40,286 nt of DNA from a virus: the UHGV virus genome UHGV-0218934; one strand, 5' to 3'. Below, one piece after another: positions 17,942 to 26,700 of this stretch. A model generated the notes under the pieces. That model was not told the origin of the DNA. It saw nothing but the letters and a program-made list of their open reading frames with translations, and searched no databases. Numbering within the stretch: position 1 is the first letter of the stretch; the number at the start of each line of letters is the position of its first letter. A program made the position numbers and the translations under genes.

Positions 17942-20900
17942 TTGAATAAAATCAGCGATTTGCAGATCCGGATTGGTGCAGATGCCTCCGGCTTGAAGCG
18001 TGAGCTGAATGAGGCACAGACGGCGCTGAAGACGGCGCTGAATACAAAGCCGATAGACGATGCCAGCAATAAGATTGGCGAGATCAGCAAGCAAACTGGC
18101 AACCTGATTGGCAACTTCCAGAAGTTGGCAACCGTAGCCGGTGGAGCTTTTGGCCTGGGTGATCTGATTTCGAGCGCCGTGCAAGCCGGTGATGCGGTCT
18201 ACACACTGTCGAGCCGTCTGGGCATCAGCGCGGGCGAGGCGGGGCAGCTGTCACGTATCTTGAAGCTCACGGGCGGCGATGTCAACTCGGCTGCGACGGC
18301 CATCATGCGCCTCGACAAGTCGTTCACGTCGGCCGGCACGGCTGGAGATAAGGCCAAAACGACATTGGCAAATTACGGCGTCAGCTTGACGGATGCGAGC
18401 GGGAAGCTCCTGCCGCTCAACCAGCAACTGGAAAATCTCGCGACGGGATATAAAGAGGCAAAGCAGAACGGCCAGGAGCAGGCTTTTCTGATGGATACAC
18501 TTGGCGTCAAGGGAATGGCACTTGCCCAAACACTCGACCAGTACACCGAGGCGGCCAAGACGGCCTCGAAGGTGCAGGGCATTGGGCTCGACCCCAAAGA
18601 GATGCATGAACTCAATCAGCAGATGAAGGTCATGCAGATGGAGTCCTCTCAGGTGAAGTTGGCCTTCGTTGCGGCTCTGGCTCCTGTGGCACAGAGTGTT
18701 TTTCCGGAACTCATTAGTGACCTGACCAGTACAGCGAAATTCCTTGCGCAGAATAAGCAGGAAGTCCGTGACATCACCAAAGATGTTGTGACATTCCTGG
18801 CCATCTACAAAAGCATCCAGCTGGCACAGACGGCCGTGAATGGCAGCAAGAGCGTTTTCAAAACGATTTCCAACGCTATGAACGCCGAGAAGATTGCGCA
18901 GGAAAAGGCACAGGCTGAGATCGCAGCCAAGCAGGAAGCGATGATTGCCAAGCAGGTTGCAGTAGTAGAACGCTCTTACGATGCACAGCGCAAAGCAGCT
19001 ATCCGGGCGGCCACGCGTATGAACCTGTCGGCAGAGGAGACGGCCAATCTCATTGCGGAGAAGCTGACAGCCATTGAAATCAAGAGTACAGAGACCGCCG
19101 AGCGCGTTGCCGCGAGAATGCGGGAAGGCTTTGCTGCGGCTGCTCAGGCAGCAGCGTCGTCGACTGGCGAGATGGATGCCGCACTGGCGGGCACTGGAAC
19201 GGCGGCGGAGGCATCTGCGGCGCGTGTAGCAGGCGCATATAAAGCAGAGGCTGATGCTGCACGTATGGCAGGGGACGCGGCTGTGGCGGCAGGTGAGAAA
19301 TCTGTCATAGCCAAGAACGGAGTCACAGGAGCGACAGAAAAAGAGATTCTTGCAGAAAAGTCATTGAACACGGCAGAAGCAACTTCGGGGAATACTGCTA
19401 CAGTTGCGGGTAACAAGAAGGTCGTGGCATCTAATATGGCGACAAATGCCACCAACAGAGAGACTGTCGCAACGAAAGGTCTGACGACTGCTACTGTGGC
19501 ACAGACAGGTGCTGCATCTAGGAGTGCAGCCACAATGGCCGCTGGTGCGGTCACTGCAACGAGCAAGGTGCGCACATTGGCAGGAGCTGTTCTGTCTCTT
19601 GCGAGCAGCTGGTGGGTAGCTGCAGCTGCTTTTGCCGCCTATCAGGGTGCCAAAGCAGCGGAAGCATATGCGGAGAAAAAAGGTCAAGAGACATATGAGC
19701 TGAACGGCGTAACCTACTACCATAATTCGGACGATGGACGATGGTATACGCGAGAGACGAATCCAGACAATATGACCATCGAACCGACAATGGCGGGCGG
19801 CACAGAGAACTATGCAGGTTCTTTTTTGAACACTTTCCTGATGGGCACTCACAGCGATGGGCAGAATATGAAGTCGGTCGGAGATGTAGACATAATCAAG
19901 CAGCTTAATGGTATGCAAGCAGCTAGGTGGCACAACTCTCCTGCTGGAAAAGCAAGCGATGCGGCGAAAGCAGCCGCCGATGAAGCGGTGCGCCTACAGT
20001 CGGGAATAGGCAAAATCGATCTGTCTGACCCAGGCATGGGCATTGCACCTGGCGGAGGCGAATCCGCAGCCGGTGGCGGCTCTACTGCAGAAGAAAAGCC
20101 AGCTACCCCGATGCGCACAAAATATTCCTTCGAAGACGACCCAGAACTCGCACCGTGGGCAAATGAGATTGAATATGCAAGTGCATACCGAGGTTTGGAC
20201 GCCGCATTGCTGGCCGCTGTCATCAAAACAGAATCACACGGGCAGTCGGACATTTGGTCCACTGATCATGCCCACTGGGGTCTCGGCCAGATATCACAAG
20301 ATATAGCGAATGCATATGGAGGTGGCAGAGGATACGGCGAGGGAAGCGACCCGAACGATAACATTATGGCCGCCGCAGGATATCTGCGAGCCTTATTGGA
20401 TCAGTATGACAACAACGTAGAGAGGGCAATCTCAGCGTATAACCTAGGACATGCTGATCCGAGCGCGAACCCGGACTATGTATCGAAGGTTGAAGGATAC
20501 TACAATGCCATCACTACATCTCAAGTACCGCTGGAGGGCGGTGGTGCATCACAACCGCAGACAACGACGGTCGACGTCCCGATTGGCGTGTCGATGTACG
20601 ACAAGGCAGCAGACAACATCGGGCAACAACTAGGCGAAAATACGTGTGCACATTTCGTTTCCTACCTCGCTCAGGGGATAGGTGCAAATACTGGCGTTAT
20701 CAGTGATTTGGTCAAAGATTGGGTTGATACCGCTCAGGAGAATGGTGCATGGGTGGACGCATCGAGCGGCCAGACAGCGCCGAAAGGATCACTTGTTGTC
20801 TGGAGCGATGGCGCGGCTGATAATCCTTGGGCGCATATTGGCATCTCAGATGGTGCTGGCGGCTGGATATCGAGCGACACACATGGCGTAAAGCACTCGA

Positions 20901-22345
20901 CAGGGCTTGATTCGTACTATAGTGGCTACAGATATGCCGGCTATATCGATATGGACAAGCTCACGGGTGGCCAGTCCATCAAGACGACGGTAGATGCCTC
21001 TCAGAAAGCAGCTGAAGAAGCGGCTAAGCGCGTCAAGCAGGCAACAGACGAAGCCAATAAGATGTTGCTGGAGCTGCGTACAGAAAACGCCAAAGAAAGC
21101 GGCTACGCCTATCAGCAGGACTCTGTGAAGCTGATGAGTGATATTGCCGAGAAGGCCGCAAAAATCCGCAAGCTGCAGTCGGAGGGAGCACCGACGACGA
21201 GCATCCAAGCACTCAAGGCGGAGCTTAACGCCTACACTGCCGCAACGACCGAGAAGTTCCGCCAGAAGTGGGCAGACGCCTATGCGGACCTCTACGACGC
21301 ATCACAGACGGCCCTTGCGAAAGTACGCCATGACTATGACAAAGAAGCAGACCTTGAGTACCTGACCACCGTGCGAAAGCTCAACAAAGAGCTTGAGGAG
21401 AAGAAGAAAGCTCTGATGCACGACGAGAATGATGTCGAGACGCGCAAGCTGCTGGAAGATCAGTATTATGCACAGCTGGAAGAGGCCGAAGACAAGCGTC
21501 GGAAAGCTCGCCAAGAAGCCCATGACCAGTACGTGAACTATCTGGTAGAGGAAGGGAACCTTGCCATGCTCGTGCAGTACATGGGCACGTCACAGCGCAA
21601 TGCCAACGGAACCTTATCGAAGTCGGAAGGCGAGAAGCGGGGCGAAGCCTCTCTGAACTTGCAGGGAGAAAAAGCCCTGGCGAAGGAGTACGTGAAGCTC
21701 TGGCAGACGGCCCATGGAAGTATGATGGAGTACATCGCTGACGTATCCGACACCATGTACAGCACAATGGCTGATTCCATGGCGGCGTTTATCAAGGGCA
21801 CAAAGAGTGCGAAGTCAGTGCTGCAAGACTTTGGGAATACTGTCTTGAACATGATGGCCAAGATTGCCGCGCAGAGACTCGTAGCAACGTGGATGAGCAA
21901 CATCCTCGGCGCATTCGGCGGAACTCGAGGCGGCGCATCGGCATGGACATGGGGCGGCGTGACGCACGACAGCAGTTTCGGCGTAAAATCGGCAGCCGAC
22001 CAGTTCATCAGTACCGCACCAACGGCGACGAGCCTGTTCAACGTGCCGAAGTTCGCAACGGGCGGCATTGTCACAGCGCCAACTCTCGCCATGATCGGCG
22101 AAGGCGGCGACCATGAAGCCGTCATCCCACTCAATGACCACAATCTGGCAGCGATGAGCGGCGCTGGTAAAGGTGGAGGCGTCATTGTGAACATCACCAA
22201 TAAATCCAACGCGGACGTCAAGGTCACGAGCAGCAGCTACAACGAAGACATGGGGCGGTATATCCTCGAAGTCGTGGTTGATGGGGCTGTACGTGACCGT
22301 GGCGGGTTTGGTCGAAATCTCAAAGCAGCATTGGGGGCGAAGTAA
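17942..22345 (+). CDS. Tape measure protein with lytic transglycosylase (SLT) and CHAP/NlpC-like domains
   Basis: 1467 aa, Ala-rich, TTG start; AAVIKTES...GLGQI...AISAYNLG (SLT); CAHFVS...AHIGIS (Cys/His amidase); FATGGIV...IGEGG. Confidence 0.93.
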   Translation: MNKISDLQIRIGADASGLKRELNEAQTALKTALNTKPIDDASNKIGEISKQTGNLIGNFQKLATVAGGAFGLGDLISSAVQAGDAVYTLSSRLGISAGEAGQLSRILKLTGGDVNSAATAIMRLDKSFTSAGTAGDKAKTTLANYGVSLTDASGKLLPLNQQLENLATGYKEAKQNGQEQAFLMDTLGVKGMALAQTLDQYTEAAKTASKVQGIGLDPKEMHELNQQMKVMQMESSQVKLAFVAALAPVAQSVFPELISDLTSTAKFLAQNKQEVRDITKDVVTFLAIYKSIQLAQTAVNGSKSVFKTISNAMNAEKIAQEKAQAEIAAKQEAMIAKQVAVVERSYDAQRKAAIRAATRMNLSAEETANLIAEKLTAIEIKSTETAERVAARMREGFAAAAQAAASSTGEMDAALAGTGTAAEASAARVAGAYKAEADAARMAGDAAVAAGEKSVIAKNGVTGATEKEILAEKSLNTAEATSGNTATVAGNKKVVASNMATNATNRETVATKGLTTATVAQTGAASRSAATMAAGAVTATSKVRTLAGAVLSLASSWWVAAAAFAAYQGAKAAEAYAEKKGQETYELNGVTYYHNSDDGRWYTRETNPDNMTIEPTMAGGTENYAGSFLNTFLMGTHSDGQNMKSVGDVDIIKQLNGMQAARWHNSPAGKASDAAKAAADEAVRLQSGIGKIDLSDPGMGIAPGGGESAAGGGSTAEEKPATPMRTKYSFEDDPELAPWANEIEYASAYRGLDAALLAAVIKTESHGQSDIWSTDHAHWGLGQISQDIANAYGGGRGYGEGSDPNDNIMAAAGYLRALLDQYDNNVERAISAYNLGHADPSANPDYVSKVEGYYNAITTSQVPLEGGGASQPQTTTVDVPIGVSMYDKAADNIGQQLGENTCAHFVSYLAQGIGANTGVISDLVKDWVDTAQENGAWVDASSGQTAPKGSLVVWSDGAADNPWAHIGISDGAGGWISSDTHGVKHSTGLDSYYSGYRYAGYIDMDKLTGGQSIKTTVDASQKAAEEAAKRVKQATDEANKMLLELRTENAKESGYAYQQDSVKLMSDIAEKAAKIRKLQSEGAPTTSIQALKAELNAYTAATTEKFRQKWADAYADLYDASQTALAKVRHDYDKEADLEYLTTVRKLNKELEEKKKALMHDENDVETRKLLEDQYYAQLEEAEDKRRKARQEAHDQYVNYLVEEGNLAMLVQYMGTSQRNANGTLSKSEGEKRGEASLNLQGEKALAKEYVKLWQTAHGSMMEYIADVSDTMYSTMADSMAAFIKGTKSAKSVLQDFGNTVLNMMAKIAAQRLVATWMSNILGAFGGTRGGASAWTWGGVTHDSSFGVKSAADQFISTAPTATSLFNVPKFATGGIVTAPTLAMIGEGGDHEAVIPLNDHNLAAMSGAGKGGGVIVNITNKSNADVKVTSSSYNEDMGRYILEVVVDGAVRDRGGFGRNLKAALGAK

Positions 22346-22713
22346 TGGCAGAAAAGTACGTATTCCCGACAATCCAGAAGCCAAAAATCCCGTATGCAAG
22401 CAATGCAGGGGATTCTTATAAAGAAAGCATACAAGATAGTACCATCACGACCACGTCAGATGCGAACTACAAGCACACGCGGCCGCGCACAACGCGTATG
22501 ATTCACAGCTGGACCTACGTGTGGACGGACATGAGCAAGAGCGACTATGCAAAGCTCAAGTCGTTCTGGGAGCAGGTAGGGACATTTCAGAGCTTTGAAT
22601 GGTCGGAGCCGGATACGGAGGAGAAACACATCGTACGCTTCTCAGGGAATTTTGAGTGGCAAGAGAATTATCCAGTCGGCTATCAGGGTAAGCTGACATT
22701 TGAGGAGGTATAA
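22345..22713 (+). CDS. Distal tail protein (lambda gpM-like)
   Basis: ~120 aa after TMP; TRPRTTR, FEWSEP...VRF, TFEEV. Confidence 0.75.
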   Translation: MAEKYVFPTIQKPKIPYASNAGDSYKESIQDSTITTTSDANYKHTRPRTTRMIHSWTYVWTDMSKSDYAKLKSFWEQVGTFQSFEWSEPDTEEKHIVRFSGNFEWQENYPVGYQGKLTFEEV

Positions 22714-22715
22714 GC

Positions 22716-23303
22716 GTGTTCAAATTCTCGCAGATTGCGACGCTGGAAAAGAATAAGCTGAGCACAGATGCGCCATTCCTCATGCTCTTCGAGATAAAAT
22801 CCGATGCACTGGGCGATGGCATCCGCTTGGCACGCAATACAGAAGACATCCAATGGAACGGCAAGATGTGGACGGCGTTTCCAGTAGATGTAGAGCCATA
22901 TGACGAAGATGGCAAGACCTTGCCGGCCTTGAACTTGAAGATATCATCGGGCGGTGGCATCATCACGACGTACCTGCAGCAATATAATGGGCTTGTCGAC
23001 GCAAAGGCCAACATCTACGTCGTACATGCGAAGAATCTGACCAGCAGTGAGCCGGAGATGGAACTCGATTTTGTCATCAATGAGACATCATACGATGAGC
23101 AGTGGATTACATTCACACTCGGGCCTACGTCGGAGATGTCGACACGCTTTCCGCAATGGCGCTATCTTACCGACTTCTGTCCATTTGTCTGTGGCGATGT
23201 GAGGTGTGGCTACAAAGGCAGTGAGACTTGCCGTAACACGCTGCAGACCTGTCTTATCAAGGAACGCTTTGGCGGCGAGCCTGGCATCCAGACGGGAAGG
23301 TGA
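22716..23303 (+). CDS. Tail tip protein (lambda gpL-like / DUF1833)
   Basis: IRLARNTEDIQWNG; C-terminal Cys cluster FCPF...RCGY...TC...C...RFGGEPGI. Confidence 0.8.
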   Translation: MFKFSQIATLEKNKLSTDAPFLMLFEIKSDALGDGIRLARNTEDIQWNGKMWTAFPVDVEPYDEDGKTLPALNLKISSGGGIITTYLQQYNGLVDAKANIYVVHAKNLTSSEPEMELDFVINETSYDEQWITFTLGPTSEMSTRFPQWRYLTDFCPFVCGDVRCGYKGSETCRNTLQTCLIKERFGGEPGIQTGR

Positions 23304-23710
23304 GCAAAATGATGAGTATGGAATACGATGATTTGATTGGCGTGCCGTTTGTGGATGGTGGTAGGACGAAGGACGGACTGGATTGCTGGGGGCTGGCGAT
23401 GATCCTGCTCGGGCGGCAAGGGTATCGTGTACCGGATTACCCGATACAGGCAACTGCCGTGCAAGAGATTGCTGATGTGCTGAAGGACGGTAGCGAATGC
23501 GGAGGCTACGAGCGCCTCAACACGCCAGAATGCGGATGCATTGTACTGTTGCGCTTGAGCATGGACGTATGGGCGAACCATGTCGGCATCTGCATAGGCC
23601 AGGGGCGCTTTATCCATGCGTACAGTAAGACCGGCGTATGCATTGATAGGCTCAGCAGATGGAGGTCCAGGATTGTCGGCTACTATCGGCCTAGGAGATT
23701 GGAATCATGA
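23300..23710 (+). CDS. NlpC/P60 tail assembly peptidase (gpK-like)
   Basis: LIGVPFVDGGR...GLDCWGL, NHVGICIG, FIHA. Confidence 0.88.
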   Translation: MSKMMSMEYDDLIGVPFVDGGRTKDGLDCWGLAMILLGRQGYRVPDYPIQATAVQEIADVLKDGSECGGYERLNTPECGCIVLLRLSMDVWANHVGICIGQGRFIHAYSKTGVCIDRLSRWRSRIVGYYRPRRLES

Positions 23711-26700
23711 TACAGGTTATTACCATCAAAAATCCTTTTGAGAATCGAAGAGAGATACGGGAACTGTATTGGACAGGGAAAGAGCTTACAGCATATGTAG
23801 ACACGGAAGGCATGGATATCTTCATGGATGGCCATATTGTCGACCATCCGGATCGGACAATCCCACCAGACGGAAGCCAGATTATCTGCACACCGCACAT
23901 CGCAGGCAAGGGCTTGAAGCGCATCTTGGGATTCGCAGCCATGATTGCCCTGACTGTATATGCGGGCAATGTCGGCGGTGGCCTTTGGGCGAAAGCGGGC
24001 TCATTTTTTGCAAAAGGCGCAATCGGCGCGACGCTGGCTTCGGGCGCTGTGATGTTTTTGGGTGGCAAGCTCATCAACTCCGTTTTCCCGCAGGATATCA
24101 GCACGCCAAAATGGCAGGATACCGAGAGCAGTCAGTCGTACGGATGGGATCTCCCTACGCCGTCCACGCTGGCCGGGAACTGTGTAGGTGAGACGTACGG
24201 CGAGTGCATCCCCGCAGCACAATTACTGGAGCAGCATGTGGAGACCGTAAACAACAAGCAATACCTGAATCTGCTGTACTGCGGCGGCTATGGGCCGGTT
24301 GATTCTATCGACAAAATCCGTATTGATTATACGGATATCGGTAATTTCACCGGCGTACAGCTGGAAACAAGATTGGGAACGAACGACCAGAAGCCGATTT
24401 CTTTCTTCCACACAACACCACTCGATCAGTCTGTTGGCCTTGAGCTGGATATCGGCTCTCCACTTGTCAGGACGAGTGACAGCTCCTTGGCAAGCTCTCT
24501 TGAGGTTACACTGGAGTGGCCGGCTGGCCTGTACCATATCAACGACGACTCAAACTTCGGCAACGCCACAACAAGGTTCCGCATCGACTATCGGAAAAGT
24601 GGTGCAGACACTTGGACGTTGGACAAAGAATACACGGAGACGGCTGCGACAAATGAAGCTATCCGCAAATCGTACCAGATAAACGGCTTGGAAGAAGGCC
24701 GGTATGACGTCCGCGTCACACTGCTGAGCAAACCGTCGTCAAGCCGCGACCAGGCTATGGTGCAGTGGACCCTACTGACGAGCTACAACAACGGCGTATA
24801 CGCAAGGCCAGGCAAGGTCCTTATAGCAATGCGCATTCTTGCGACAAATCAGCTTTCATCCGGTGTTCCATCTGTGTCGTGGCGGCAGAAGCGGAACACA
24901 GTCTGGGTGTATAACCCGAACCAGTCGGCCTATGAGCAGCAGCCGGCCAACAACCCAATCTGGGCCGCATACGACATTATGCACCAATGCAGACAGCTCA
25001 AGAATGTCAATACAGGCGAGATGGAATTCGTGCATTACGGATGCAGCCATGAAAACCTAGACGCCTACTATGAGCAGTGGAAAGAAGCGGCGGATTACGC
25101 CTTCGAGATGATTATCAACGAAAACGGCGAGAAGGAACATCGCTACGAATTTGATGCGTTCTTTGATACAGCCCAGAAGCGCATCACGGCGGCCCAGAAA
25201 GCTGCTGCTGTTGGACATGCAGTCATCATTGCGCACGGGCGGAACTACGGCATAGTCGTAGACAGACCCGGTCATATCTCACAGATTTTTGGCGAGGGGC
25301 GGACAACTGTGTCTAGCGTGAAGGGATCCTTCACATCAAAGGAAGATCGGGCACGAGCTGTAGATGTGACATACAACGACGAGCACAATGATTTCAAAAA
25401 TACGATGATGACCGTCAGAAGCCCCCTGTATAACAAAGACGCTGGTGTCGATAATACTACCCAGCTGACGCTTTTTGGCGTTAAAAGGAGGTCACAGGCG
25501 TATCGAGAAGCTGTGACCGCACTGGCAACAAGCGAGCGCCAACTCCAATTCGTTGAGCTGCAGACGGATATTGATGGTATTGTAGCGGAGTATGGCGACA
25601 TCGTAGGCTACAATCATGCTGTGAGCAGGATTGGCATTGCGTCGGGAAGACTGGCATCGGCAACGGCATCGAAAGTAGTGCTGGACAAGTCAGTAGATTT
25701 GGACCCGGCAAAGACATATGAGATTTACGTTACCTTGTCGGATGACACGATTGTCAAGCGCAATGTCGCCAGCGTCACGACGGCTGCAAAAACGGCCGAG
25801 CTGACCGTGACGGTACCTTTCGATGATGCCCAGATGCCGGCAAGATTTGACAACTACGCATTCGGAGAGTGCGACAAGTCGATTAAGCCCTTCCGTATCG
25901 TCAGCGCATCTCGTGACGGGGATATGCTTGTCAGCCTAAAGCTGGCAGAATACGATGAGGTGATGTATGCGACAGAGCTTGATTATAGTAAATATCCAGT
26001 TATCGACTACAGCAGCTCGCTGTCTGTAGCGAAAATCACGTCACTGACAGCAAGAGAGCAGTCGCGGACGATTGACCGGACGACTGTGCCGGATGTAGCT
26101 GTCGCTTGGGACCTATCACGCACTGGCACTGCGCCGAGTAGCTACATCGTGCAGATCAAGAGCAGGAACAGCTCCTATGAAGAGCAAGTCAGCACAAAGT
26201 CGACCGCATATACATTCCGTAGCGTACGGGCTGGTGAAGACTATGACATCACCGTCTACTGCATTTACGACGCAGTAACGACAAGCCACGAGACGACGAG
26301 CCTGCACGTCGCGGGCGGGGCTTACTCTGAGAACAATGCCAGCAACCTTATCGTCATGCTCGTGGGGAAAGGATTCAACTTGTCATGGCAAGCGGCAACG
26401 GGGACAACTGTCACCGCGTATAACGTCTACCAGGGTACATATGGCGATAAGTTCGATGCATGCAAGTTAATCAGTGAAAAGCAGAAAGCGGTAGCGTGTT
26501 ATGCACCTGTAAAAGATGCGGGGCAGTATCAGTTCTACGTTGAGAGTATCGATAGAGATGGGAACAGATTCGGGCAAGTGCTGTCGGGCATCGGCACTAT
26601 TGCCGTACCCGGGCGCGTGACAGATGCAGAAGCATATACGATATACCGCAGATACCAGGACGGCTCGACCGGGTATGATATCGTCGTGACCTTCGCACTG

